A DNA stretch of 64,000 bases from positions 321,497 through 385,496 of the forward strand of contig JBEKXS010000001.1 in assembly GCA_049511795.1 (NCBI GenBank), read 5' to 3'. Below, piece by piece: positions 18,458 to 27,614 of this stretch (position 1 is its first letter; the number at the start of each line of letters is the position of its first letter). The stretch is from Candidatus Pacearchaeota archaeon (GTDB lineage: Archaea > Nanobdellota > Nanobdellia > Pacearchaeales > GW2011-AR1). Position numbers and translations under genes: made by a program. The notes below the pieces were generated by a model. That model worked only from the letters and a program-made list of their open reading frames with translations, did not search any database and had not been told where the DNA came from.

Positions 18458-20626
18458 ATGGTTCCTGCAAAAGATATTGATGAAATTATTGAAAAATATA
18501 AAGGTAAAATAGAAACGCAGCTGGATACTTATGAGGAAAAAGATGTTGACTACACGCAGGAATATGTAAAATTCAAGAACGAGATGTCTCCAGAGATTTC
18601 AAGATACGAACGTTGGGCAAAAAGTCTTGGAAATGTGATTAAGCTTAAGATTTCTGACAAAGATGCTGCAGTTGTTAAAAAAAATCTCGATATTGCTCAT
18701 CTTGACTTAGAGCCATGGCAGCCTGTTACTCTTAGTGTTATGGCTTTTATGAGCGTTCTTCTTCTTGGTGTTTTGATTTCTGTTGCATGGCTTCTTATTT
18801 CAGGAGGTTTTCCATTCCTTTTCTTTTTGCTTGTCTTGATGTTTTGTTTCTTTGTATTTTATTTTGTAAATGGTTATCCTGCAAGACTTGCAAATTCATG
18901 GAGGTTGAAAGCAAGCAGCCAAATGGTTCCTGCAATACTTTATATAGTTGTTTACATGAGGCATACATCAAATCTTGAAAGAGCTGTTGCATTTGCTTCA
19001 GAGCATCTTGAATATCCTCTTGCCCTTGATTTCAAAAAAGTTTTTTATGATGTGCAAATAGGAAAATTCCCAACAATAAAAGATAGCCTTGACAATTATC
19101 TTGAAACATGGAGAGACTATTCAATTGAGTTCATAGAATCGTTCCATCTTATTGAAAACAGTCTTTTTGAGCCAGATGATGCAAGAAGAATACAAACGCT
19201 AGAGAAAGCATTGACTGTTGTTCTTGATGGTGTTTATGAAAAAATGCTTAGATTCACCTATGAAGTGAAAAACCCATTGACAAACGTTTACATGCTTGGA
19301 GTTGTTCTTCCAACACTTGGACTTGCTCTTCTTCCATTGGCTTCTGCAATGCTTGGAGGATTGTTAACATGGGTTCATGTTTTTATCTTATTTGATTTAA
19401 TAATCCCATTCTTGGTTTTTTATCTGACAGACAAAGTTTTATTCTTAAGGCCTGGCGGAAATGGAGAATCAAACCTTCTTGAAAAAAATCCATTATATCC
19501 TAAGTATAATAGCAAAAAACCTTATATCAAAGCATTTCTGATTACCTTTCCTCTCTTGCTGATTGGTTTGCTGCCATTTATTTTCCAGTTTACCCCGATC
19601 CCCGGAGCACTTGGCATTCCAAATGATTTCACTTTTTCACAATTAGGATTAGGTTTGATTGGCGGCGATGCAAAATTCTTTGATTTCAGGACAAATGATG
19701 CGGGCGGGCTTGTAGGACCATTTGGAATTGGGGCATTGTTATTAAGCATGCTAATTCCATTGAGCATTGCATTATTTTTCTCAATGGCATACAAAGAAAA
19801 AACAAAAGAGCTAATAATTGAAAGGAAGAAAACAAACCAACTTGAAGATGAATTTAATAATTCTTTATTCCAACTTGGAAACACAATTGGAAATGGAACA
19901 CCTCCTGAAATAGCATTCGGAAAAGTTGCAGAAGCTTCAAAAGGTCTGATGACAGAGGATTTCTTCAACAGAGTTAATTATAATATAAGGCAAATGGGTA
20001 TGAGCATTGAAAGAGCATTATTTGATTCAAAAAGAGGAGCTGTAATTTACTATCCTTCTGATTTAATTTCAACGAGTATGAAAATACTTGTTGAGGCTTC
20101 CAAAAAAGGATTGCAGATTGCAGCATTAAGCTTGATGAGCATCTCTGAATATGTTAAAAACATGAACAAAGTCACTGCAAGGCTTAAAGATTTGCTTGCA
20201 GAAGTTATTTCTGACATGAAATCAAACATGTCTTTCCTTGCTCCTTTGCTTTCAGGTGTTGTTGTTGGCTTAGCTGCAATGATAACATCTATTTTAGTCA
20301 AACTAGATATAATAAAATCAATTGGAGGAAGCGCTGCGCAAAGTTTGGGAAGTTTAGGAAATATAGTCAGTATATTCCAAGTGTCTAACATGATTCCTCC
20401 ATACTTTTTGCAGGTAATAATTGGAATTTATCTTATTGAAATTGTATTTATCTTAACTCGTGCCCTTGTTGTTATAGATTCAGGAGAAGACAAGCTTGAG
20501 AGGACAAGCAAGACAGGAAAAAATCTCACGAGCGCGATTCTTCTTTACACAATAACTGCATTCTTGTCAGTGATTGCCCTATTTATTCTTGTATCAATAG
20601 TTGTCGGTAACTTGGGTGCTGCATAA
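18458..20626 (+). CDS. type IV pilus/archaellum assembly membrane platform protein (FlaJ/PilC/TadC-like)
   Basis: 722-aa polytopic membrane protein immediately downstream of the ATPase; duplicated helical-bundle architecture. Confidence 0.55.
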   Translation: MVPAKDIDEIIEKYKGKIETQLDTYEEKDVDYTQEYVKFKNEMSPEISRYERWAKSLGNVIKLKISDKDAAVVKKNLDIAHLDLEPWQPVTLSVMAFMSVLLLGVLISVAWLLISGGFPFLFFLLVLMFCFFVFYFVNGYPARLANSWRLKASSQMVPAILYIVVYMRHTSNLERAVAFASEHLEYPLALDFKKVFYDVQIGKFPTIKDSLDNYLETWRDYSIEFIESFHLIENSLFEPDDARRIQTLEKALTVVLDGVYEKMLRFTYEVKNPLTNVYMLGVVLPTLGLALLPLASAMLGGLLTWVHVFILFDLIIPFLVFYLTDKVLFLRPGGNGESNLLEKNPLYPKYNSKKPYIKAFLITFPLLLIGLLPFIFQFTPIPGALGIPNDFTFSQLGLGLIGGDAKFFDFRTNDAGGLVGPFGIGALLLSMLIPLSIALFFSMAYKEKTKELIIERKKTNQLEDEFNNSLFQLGNTIGNGTPPEIAFGKVAEASKGLMTEDFFNRVNYNIRQMGMSIERALFDSKRGAVIYYPSDLISTSMKILVEASKKGLQIAALSLMSISEYVKNMNKVTARLKDLLAEVISDMKSNMSFLAPLLSGVVVGLAAMITSILVKLDIIKSIGGSAAQSLGSLGNIVSIFQVSNMIPPYFLQVIIGIYLIEIVFILTRALVVIDSGEDKLERTSKTGKNLTSAILLYTITAFLSVIALFILVSIVVGNLGAA

Positions 20627-20646
20627 GAAAAAACATTTATTAACTA

Positions 20647-20829
20647 TTGTTATTTTTATTGGATATGCATGAAAAAAGAGGCCGAAATAAGAAAAAAGGC
20701 ATTGTTTCTGATTATTTGCCTTGGCTGCTGATAGCTATTGCAATTCTTGTTATATTAATGATTGCAATTTTTGTACTGAAGAATCAGGGAACTTCACTCA
20801 TAGACAAAATAAAAGGGATCTTTGGATAA
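20647..20829 (+). CDS. small pilin-like protein (class III signal peptide candidate)
   Basis: KKKG then IVSDYLPWLLIAIAILVILMIAIFVL hydrophobic segment. Confidence 0.4.
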   Translation: MLFLLDMHEKRGRNKKKGIVSDYLPWLLIAIAILVILMIAIFVLKNQGTSLIDKIKGIFG

Positions 20830-20830
20830 A

Positions 20831-20998
20831 ATGCTGACAGAAGAGCAACTGATAAAAATTATTCTTGGGATTCTTGTTTTTGTAGCAGTTGTTGTTGGGG
20901 TTTATCTTATTTTTAAGAATAACATTTTGGATTTTTTCAATAACCTGGGAGGAAATGCAACAAATACTGGAGGATTAATTATTTCATTGATAAAATAA
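20831..20998 (+). CDS. 55-aa single-pass membrane mini-protein (not in supplied ORF track)
   Basis: ATG at 20831; translates MLTEEQLIKIILGILVFVAVVVGVYLIFKNN...; resembles the 33-aa ORF at 21480. Confidence 0.35.
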   Translation: MLTEEQLIKIILGILVFVAVVVGVYLIFKNNILDFFNNLGGNATNTGGLIISLIK

Positions 20999-20999
20999 A

Positions 21000-21476
21000 A
21001 TGAGCAAAAAAGGATTTCTTCTTGCAGAGGAGACATTAAAGATAATAATTGCCATTATTGCAATTGGATTTCTGGTTTATTTTCTTGTTTCACTTTACTT
21101 GTCTGCTAAAACATCTGCTGAATCAGAACAGGCTAAAGCAACTTTGCCATTTATCATAAATGCGATAAACCAATCAAGCTCAAGTGTGGATATTTACAAT
21201 CCAAAAGGGTGGATTATTGGAATATGGCCGCATGCAGTAACCTCTGGCTTTGGGCCATTTCAATCAACTCAAATCGAAAATCCTAAAACATGTAACAATA
21301 TAGGACTGCAAACATGCATATGTATTTGCAGTTCAGACAGCGCAGACAGTTGCAATAGCAATGGGGTTTGTGCAGACAATATGGGCTTTTCAATACAAGG
21401 AACATCTATAACAATAAATAACCCCCCAACGACTCTTATTATTGACAAAACAACTAAAACAATAAGCAAAAAATAA
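21000..21476 (+). CDS. pilin-like protein with class III (prepilin) signal
   Basis: MSKKG|FLLAEETLKIIIAIIAIGFLV: KG cleavage motif, Glu at +5 and 20-aa hydrophobic helix; Cys-rich C-terminal part. Confidence 0.55.
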   Translation: MSKKGFLLAEETLKIIIAIIAIGFLVYFLVSLYLSAKTSAESEQAKATLPFIINAINQSSSSVDIYNPKGWIIGIWPHAVTSGFGPFQSTQIENPKTCNNIGLQTCICICSSDSADSCNSNGVCADNMGFSIQGTSITINNPPTTLIIDKTTKTISKK

Positions 21477-21479
21477 AAA

Positions 21480-21581
21480 ATGGATTTAGATGAGATAATG
21501 AAGTATGTAATATGGATAATTTTTTTTGCAGTTGTACTTGTTGGATTGTATTTATTGCTTAAAAGACTAGGAATCATGTAA
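21480..21581 (+). CDS. 33-aa membrane mini-protein (not in supplied ORF track)
   Basis: MDLDEIMKYVIWIIFFAVVLVGLYLLLKRLGIM; similar to the 20831 ORF. Confidence 0.3.
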   Translation: MDLDEIMKYVIWIIFFAVVLVGLYLLLKRLGIM

Positions 21582-21589
21582 ATAATAAA

Positions 21590-22336
21590 ATGAAAAAAAT
21601 TGAACTTAAAAACAAAAAAGGTGAACTAACAACACAGGAAATTGTTATACTTATAGTATTAATTATTAGTTTTGTTATAATCCTCTTTTTATTACTTAGA
21701 TTGAATTTAGGAGGAACAACAAATGAAGAAATCTGCCATAATTCTGTTGTTTTGAATGGCCAATCAAGTCTTGCTTCAGGACCATTAAATTGCAAAACAG
21801 ACTATCTTTGCATTTCAGGAGGTAGTAGCAACTGTATTAATTTTTTTTCATCAAACAAAATAAGCGTTGTGCAAAACAATAAAACACAAGTAATGAAAGT
21901 ACTTGCTGATAAAATGTCTACATGCTGGTCTGAATTCGGAGAAGGACAGATTGATTACGCAAGTGGAAGTGTATTTGGAAATAAACTATGCGCTCTTTGT
22001 TCAATTGTCAATTTTGATTCAAGCCTTAAGAATTCCCAAATTTCTTATAAAGATTTTTATACCTATTTACAAACAACAAAGAAAACAGATACCCAGACAT
22101 ATTTGCAGTATCTTTATTCCACAAATAATCTGGATGATTTCAACAGTTTTTATTTAACAAATTATTTATCAAATAGCATAGACACAAGCAAGGAATATTT
22201 CATACTAACTGGGATATCAAAAAAATCTGTTTGGGGCTTGTTTGGAAAGGCAAACCAGATTCCTGTTACAATAATGGAAAAGACTCCTGAAAATTATAAT
22301 ACAATAGGCTGTGACCAATTTATAACGAAAGCTTAA
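21590..22336 (+). CDS. pilin-like protein (class III signal candidate)
   Basis: NKKG|ELTTQEIVILIVLIISFVIILFLLL. Confidence 0.5.
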   Translation: MKKIELKNKKGELTTQEIVILIVLIISFVIILFLLLRLNLGGTTNEEICHNSVVLNGQSSLASGPLNCKTDYLCISGGSSNCINFFSSNKISVVQNNKTQVMKVLADKMSTCWSEFGEGQIDYASGSVFGNKLCALCSIVNFDSSLKNSQISYKDFYTYLQTTKKTDTQTYLQYLYSTNNLDDFNSFYLTNYLSNSIDTSKEYFILTGISKKSVWGLFGKANQIPVTIMEKTPENYNTIGCDQFITKA

Positions 22337-22337
22337 A

Positions 22338-22739
22338 ATGATAAAAGCGAGAAAAGGCAATATACTTACTGAAAATGTGATTTTTATTGTACTTAATCTT
22401 GTTTTTATCGCAATTCTCCTTGTTTTTATCTTTTTGAAAGCAGGAAGCGCTGCTGTTCTTGAGGAAAAATATGCAAAACAAATAGCTTTAGCAATTGATT
22501 CTGCTGAACCGGGAATGGTAATACACCTTAATATGCAGGATGCACTTAGCACTGCGAAAAGCAATGGCATCCAACCTGTAGCAGCAGTAAGAATAATTGG
22601 AAACGTTGTTACAGTTAAACTTAGGGATAATGGGGGTTATAGCTATTCTTTCTTCAATAATCTTAATTTTGATAATGGAATATCAAAATATCATCCTGAT
22701 GAAACTAGCACAGGATTTGTCTTTATAATTGGAGGATAA
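22338..22739 (+). CDS. pilin-like protein (class III signal candidate)
   Basis: ARKG|NILTENVIFIVLNLVFIAILLVFIFL. Confidence 0.5.
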   Translation: MIKARKGNILTENVIFIVLNLVFIAILLVFIFLKAGSAAVLEEKYAKQIALAIDSAEPGMVIHLNMQDALSTAKSNGIQPVAAVRIIGNVVTVKLRDNGGYSYSFFNNLNFDNGISKYHPDETSTGFVFIIGG

Positions 22740-23256
22740 AATGAAAAACAAAAAAGGAGCTGACAAAGTAATTTCAGTATACTGGTTTTTCATACTTTTT
22801 TTAGTGGCAGCTGCTATTGTTTACATGGTTTCCTCTTTTTACGGAAAACCATATGACGTAAGGAGCATTGAAGCAGGCTTGCTTGCAGACAAGGCATCTG
22901 ATTGCGTTTCTTATGCAGGATATTTGAGAGATGGAGTTTTAACCCCTGATTTTCAACAGAACATACTTACAAAATGCAATTTAAATTTTAATACAGAAGA
23001 TATTTATGACTGGAAACAGCAAGGGCAATATTTTTTAGATATAAGCTTTTACAAGTTCACTACTTATCCAACTAATCCAAATTTATTGTTTGAAGCTTCT
23101 GCAGGAAATTCAAATTTAAAAGATTTTTGCGGCATTAGTGGTGATACTAATCCTTTTTGTCTTCAAAGAGAATTTTATACTATAGACAAAACAGGGAATC
23201 AATATGCAATAAAAATAACAGCTGTTGTAAGGAAGACTGAAAAAAATGTACAATAA
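22729..23256 (+). CDS. pilin-like protein (class III signal candidate)
   Basis: NKKG|ADKVISVYWFFILFLVAAAIVYMV. Confidence 0.5.
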   Translation: MEDKMKNKKGADKVISVYWFFILFLVAAAIVYMVSSFYGKPYDVRSIEAGLLADKASDCVSYAGYLRDGVLTPDFQQNILTKCNLNFNTEDIYDWKQQGQYFLDISFYKFTTYPTNPNLLFEASAGNSNLKDFCGISGDTNPFCLQREFYTIDKTGNQYAIKITAVVRKTEKNVQ

Positions 23257-23794
23257 TCTTAGAAAAAACAAAAAAGCGCAGGTAGGAGATACAATGACAT
23301 GGGTGGTTGCAACAATAATAATTATAATTATATTAGGAATTTCAATTTTCATTGCTTCAAATTATTTAGGGAATATAAAGAAGATAACAACGCCTTCTGG
23401 CCAGACATATGATATCCCCATTGCAAAATCATTTTATTCCTATCTTTTGACAAAAAATGATGCAGGCCAGTCAGTTTATTCTCAACTGCAAGCAGATAAA
23501 AATCTTAATGATTTTAACGGAAATTTGTCCCTTGATTTGTTTAATGGACAAAGAAAGATTAAAACTTATCAAGGAGCTGGTATTGAAGGCACATTGCTCT
23601 CTGTCAATACAGTTTGGGTTGGCGTAATGAATTATACTACACAAAGCTCTTATGGGATAGTAAACAAATATTTTGGAAGTCAGGGAGTTAAATCCCCCAC
23701 AGCGACAGATTTGATATCTGAATCATTTTGGCTTGATGCAAATCAGAACCAATCTATAAATTTAATCGTTACAAATAATCCGCCAACAAAATGA
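23246..23794 (+). CDS. pilin-like protein (class III signal candidate, Ala at -1)
   Basis: NKKA|QVGDTMTWVVATIIIIIILGISIFIA. Confidence 0.45.
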   Translation: MYNNLRKNKKAQVGDTMTWVVATIIIIIILGISIFIASNYLGNIKKITTPSGQTYDIPIAKSFYSYLLTKNDAGQSVYSQLQADKNLNDFNGNLSLDLFNGQRKIKTYQGAGIEGTLLSVNTVWVGVMNYTTQSSYGIVNKYFGSQGVKSPTATDLISESFWLDANQNQSINLIVTNNPPTK

Positions 23795-24132
23795 TGAAAC
23801 TAATGAAAAATAAAAAAGGAGACATACCTGTCACAATTCTTGTACTTGGAATAGTATTGATTTGCATACTTACTATTGCTAGTTTTTATGTTTCTGCACT
23901 AATCATGAAGAGCAATTTTGATATAGGGGCAATTAAACAAGTAAAACTTATGAGAGAAAAAATAGATGTTTATCAAAATCTTGGAATTCCCGAACCACAG
24001 GCTGAGATTATCATGGGAGTAAAAACTTTAGCACAGGGAAATGCCCAGATAAAATACCTATCTGTTGATTATGGATATATTGCAGTAAATTACACAGTTT
24101 CTTCAGTTAACTCCCCTTCGCCGGTTCCTTGA
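23791..24132 (+). CDS. pilin-like protein (class III signal candidate)
   Basis: NKKG|DIPVTILVLGIVLICILTIASF. Confidence 0.5.
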   Translation: MMKLMKNKKGDIPVTILVLGIVLICILTIASFYVSALIMKSNFDIGAIKQVKLMREKIDVYQNLGIPEPQAEIIMGVKTLAQGNAQIKYLSVDYGYIAVNYTVSSVNSPSPVP

Positions 24133-24169
24133 TAAAAACATTTTTAAACAAAATAAACCTGAATTAAAT

Positions 24170-24505
24170 ATGGAAAGCAAAAGAGGTCAGGAGCTAAGCA
24201 CAAACGCAATTATTATGATTGTTATTGGAATAATTGTTCTTGTTGTTCTTGTTCTTGGATTTACAATAGGCTGGGATAAACTTCTTCCATTCTTTTCAAC
24301 AAACAATGTTCAGAATTTGCAGACAACATGCAATTCAGCATGCGCACAAGGGGACCAGTACAATTTCTGCGCTCTCCCAAGAACTGTTAATGATGGTGTA
24401 AATCCTAAGTTTACAGATAGCTGTTTCAATTTATCTACAAAAGCACAATACACTAGCAGAAACTATGGTATAACGCCGTGCTCATCAATAACTTGCAGCT
24501 CTTAA
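24170..24505 (+). CDS. pilin-like protein with canonical archaeal class III signal
   Basis: SKRG|QELSTNAIIMIVIGIIVLVVLVLGF; Cys-rich C-terminal domain. Confidence 0.6.
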   Translation: MESKRGQELSTNAIIMIVIGIIVLVVLVLGFTIGWDKLLPFFSTNNVQNLQTTCNSACAQGDQYNFCALPRTVNDGVNPKFTDSCFNLSTKAQYTSRNYGITPCSSITCSS

Positions 24506-24672
24506 TTATTATCTGAAATATTTTTAAAGAAACTTCTTCTTAATGTTTTATGGACTATGGATTTTCTGAAAGAAGGAATAAAAGAAAGGTAAAAAAGAAG
24601 GAAAACAAGAAATACCCTTATAAGAAAGGCGGCGGGTATAGGGTAAGGGAAACTGAGGTAAAGAGGTAGATT

Positions 24673-25518
24673 ATGTTTGAAATTATATTTTTGTTTGTTC
24701 TCGGGCTTGCTTGGATTATCTTTGCGACTGTCCAGGATGTGAGGACAAAGGAAATAGCGAACTGGCTTAACTTTTCGCTAATTATTTTTGCTCTTGGCTT
24801 CAGATTTTTTTATTCACTCTTTTTTGCAGGCAATTTCAGCTTTTTTTATCAAGGTCTTATAGGATTTGTAATTTTTATTATTCTTGGGAATCTTCTTTAT
24901 TATGGAAGAATGTTTGCAGGTGGTGATGCAAAACTTCTCATTGCTCTTGGTCCAGTAATTCCATTTTCAGATGCTTTCTCTGTAAATCTTGGAAGTCTTA
25001 TGGTGTTTTTACTTGTTTTCCTTTTCACAGGAGCTATTTACAGCATAATTGTAAGCATTAGCCTAGGAATAAGAAACAGGAAGAAATTTGGAAAAGAATT
25101 CAGAAAACAGTTTAAGATGGGAAAAAGAATAATTATTTCATTCCTAATATTCAGCATAATACTTATTGTTTTGAGTTATTTAGATGGATTGTTTTTGTAT
25201 TTGGGAATACTAACGTTTATTCTGCCTTATCTTTATATTTATGCAAAAAGTGTTGATGAAATTTCAATGGTAAGGGATGTTCCTGTTTTTTCTTTAAGAG
25301 AAGGAGATTGGCTTTATCATGACATTCATGTTGGAAAGAAGACAATAAAAGCAAATTGGGATGGATTGAGCAGGGGAGATATAACTTTGCTAAGAAAAAA
25401 ACGCGAAAAAGGGAAAGTAAAAATAAGAGAAGGCGTTTTTTTCACGCCCGTCTTTTTGATTAGCTATGTTGTTTTCTTCTATTTGTGGAACAAAGGATTA
25501 GGGTATTCTTTTTGGTAG
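24673..25518 (+). CDS. prepilin/preflagellin peptidase (A24 family, PibD/FlaK-like)
   Basis: First catalytic Asp region IFATVQDVRTKEIANW and second Asp in the conserved FAGGDAKLLIALGP (GxGDxKL) motif; polytopic. Confidence 0.75.
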   Translation: MFEIIFLFVLGLAWIIFATVQDVRTKEIANWLNFSLIIFALGFRFFYSLFFAGNFSFFYQGLIGFVIFIILGNLLYYGRMFAGGDAKLLIALGPVIPFSDAFSVNLGSLMVFLLVFLFTGAIYSIIVSISLGIRNRKKFGKEFRKQFKMGKRIIISFLIFSIILIVLSYLDGLFLYLGILTFILPYLYIYAKSVDEISMVRDVPVFSLREGDWLYHDIHVGKKTIKANWDGLSRGDITLLRKKREKGKVKIREGVFFTPVFLISYVVFFYLWNKGLGYSFW

Positions 25519-26163
25519 CCAGAGCTTTTCCATTTCTTTAACAATTTTTTTGTGCAGCTTTTCTTTTTCTGGCTTTTTCTCTGCATTTTTTTCTTTCTTA
25601 TCTGAAAATGTTTTTTTCGTAAGTATTTTTTGAATTTCCTCAAGCTCTTCTTTTTCTGCTGGTTTTCTTTCAGTTGGTTTTTTCTCGTTATATAAAGGGA
25701 TTACATTTATGATTTCATGACCAAGAATATTTGAATAAGAAATATCAACGCTTTCAGGTTTTAATCTTATTTTTATCAAATCAGAAATCTTTTTTGCTAA
25801 GCCCATTACCTGAGGAGAAAGCTCGCCTTCAGATGTAACATGTTCTTTTGGGATAATTATTACATGGCCTTTTGAAAAAGGATTTATTTCCAATACAGCA
25901 ATTGCCTTTGAATTCTGTGCTATTTTATAAGATTCTATGTTCCCTGCAATAATTGAGCAGAAAACACATTGGTCAGAAGAAGAGATATTTTTTCCAGAAC
26001 CTGGCTTCAAAAGATTATTTTTTATAAGAAATGCTTCGAGTTGCTCTGAATCCATGCCGTTTATCTGGTTTATTGCGAATTCCTTCTTGTCTTCTGGAAA
26101 AGAATGATCTATTTGTTCAATCAGTTTTCGTTTTATTGATTCTGTCTGTTCTTCTGTGAGCAT
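25498..26163 (-). CDS. HIT-superfamily protein with divergent histidine triad and K/E-rich C-terminal tail
   Basis: N-terminal HIT motif INPFSKGHVIIIPKEHV present; triad position reads HEIINVI instead of HxHxHxx. Confidence 0.55.
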   Translation of the reverse strand: MLTEEQTESIKRKLIEQIDHSFPEDKKEFAINQINGMDSEQLEAFLIKNNLLKPGSGKNISSSDQCVFCSIIAGNIESYKIAQNSKAIAVLEINPFSKGHVIIIPKEHVTSEGELSPQVMGLAKKISDLIKIRLKPESVDISYSNILGHEIINVIPLYNEKKPTERKPAEKEELEEIQKILTKKTFSDKKEKNAEKKPEKEKLHKKIVKEMEKLWLPKRIP

Positions 26164-26202
26164 TTTTACCTCTTTTATGTTAGTTATGCTGTTTTTCTAA
26201 AT

Positions 26203-26475
26203 TTATCCTATTGCCCTTCTTATATCAATAACCTGAACAGAACTTACACTAGGAATTTTTCTTAACTCTTCTTCCAAATCTTCAAGCTCTTTTTCTTCAG
26301 GCCATCCAAACATTATTACCAATGCCTTCAATCCAAATGCTATTGGCTGAATTTCAAAATTAGGATTTTGTACATTCTGTTCTTTGAGAATTTTATTCAC
26401 ATTATCCTTTATATCATCTATACTTGTGTCAGGAGACTCAGGCATTATTTTTATTTTTACAGCTATAACACTCAT
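26203..26475 (-). CDS. translation elongation factor 1-beta (aEF-1beta)
   Basis: 90-aa protein with the archaeal EF-1beta signature (AVKIKIMPESPD...AFGLKAL...WPEE). Confidence 0.85.
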   Translation of the reverse strand: MSVIAVKIKIMPESPDTSIDDIKDNVNKILKEQNVQNPNFEIQPIAFGLKALVIMFGWPEEKELEDLEEELRKIPSVSSVQVIDIRRAIG

Positions 26476-26577
26476 GATTTACCCTAATGGAATTTGTTTA
26501 TAAATGTAATTGTAATCCATTTTTAACTAACATAAAAACATCATAATACTTAAAAACCTTGGCTATTTTTCGTTGAT

Positions 26578-27531
26578 ATGTCACAAGGCAATGGAAATTA
26601 TGAAAGAATTCTTGGAAAAATTTCAAAAGCATCTGGCTTGGAGAAAACAGAAATTGAACGAAGAATTGAAGCAAAAAAAGCAAAACTTTCTGGCTTGATA
26701 AGTATGGAAGGCGCTGCACAGGTTGTTGCAGCAGAACTTGGAATTTCTTTTGAAAATGAAAAACTGAAAATTGATGAGCTTCTTCCAGGAATGAGGAAAG
26801 TTAATACAATTGGAAAAGTAATGAACATTTCTCCTGTAAGGACATTCACAACAAAGAAAGGCGAAGCAAGCAAAGTTGTTAATTTTTGGATTGCAGATGA
26901 AACTTCAAACATAAAAGTTGTTCTCTGGGACACAAATCTTATTTCTCTTATTGAATCTGGAAAAATAGGAGTTGATACTGTTGTCGAAATTGCAAATGGC
27001 TCAATGAGGGACAGTGAAATACATCTCGGGAGTTTTTCACAGCTAAAACCAAGCACAGAAGTTATTGAAAATGCAAAGACAGAGAAAGTTGTAAGACATA
27101 AAAATATAGCTGATTTGAAAACAGGGGAAAACACAGGCTTGCGTGCATTTGTCTTGCAAGTTTTTGAGCCAAGATTTTTTAATGTCTGCCCCGAATGCAG
27201 CAAAAAAGTAACGCAGGAAGGAGAAGTTTTCATATGTGAGAAACACGGAAAAATAATGCCTGAGAAAAGAGCTGTTTCGAGCATTGTCATAGATGATGGT
27301 ACTGATTCTGTAAGAGCTGTTCTTTTTAATGAAGCATTGTCAAAGCTTGGTTTTTCACAGGTTGATGATGCTGACAAGTTTTCAGTAGAGAAAGAAGGAA
27401 TTATTGGCAAAGAGCTTGTTTTTACAGGAAATGTGAGAAATAATGCTTTTTTTAACAACCACGAGATTATTGTTGATGACATAAAGGAAGTCAATCCTGA
27501 TGAGATTATAGCAGAGCTTGAGAAGAATTAA
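26578..27531 (+). CDS. replication protein A-like ssDNA-binding protein (OB folds + zinc ribbon)
   Basis: OB-fold-like segments and CPECSKK..CEKHG zinc finger typical of archaeal RPA. Confidence 0.7.
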   Translation: MSQGNGNYERILGKISKASGLEKTEIERRIEAKKAKLSGLISMEGAAQVVAAELGISFENEKLKIDELLPGMRKVNTIGKVMNISPVRTFTTKKGEASKVVNFWIADETSNIKVVLWDTNLISLIESGKIGVDTVVEIANGSMRDSEIHLGSFSQLKPSTEVIENAKTEKVVRHKNIADLKTGENTGLRAFVLQVFEPRFFNVCPECSKKVTQEGEVFICEKHGKIMPEKRAVSSIVIDDGTDSVRAVLFNEALSKLGFSQVDDADKFSVEKEGIIGKELVFTGNVRNNAFFNNHEIIVDDIKEVNPDEIIAELEKN

Positions 27532-27614
27532 GGAATCAAAGTATTTTACTGGCTATTGCAAGATATATCTAATATTGAAATAATCTTTATAAAGAAGTTA
27601 CTTCTTGATTTTTT

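Noticed and set aside
24552-24671. 39-aa highly basic ORF (MDYGFSERRNKRKVKKKENKKYPYKKGGGYRVRETEVKR) upstream of the prepilin peptidase gene
   Set aside because: It is a low-complexity product of an A/G-rich leader. It is more likely the purine-rich untranslated region or ribosome-binding region of the peptidase gene than a real protein.
26598-27494. 298-aa ORF antisense to the RPA gene
   Set aside because: It lies entirely within a well-supported conserved gene on the opposite strand. The product is low-complexity and Ser/Phe-rich, as expected from the reverse frame of an AT-rich gene.
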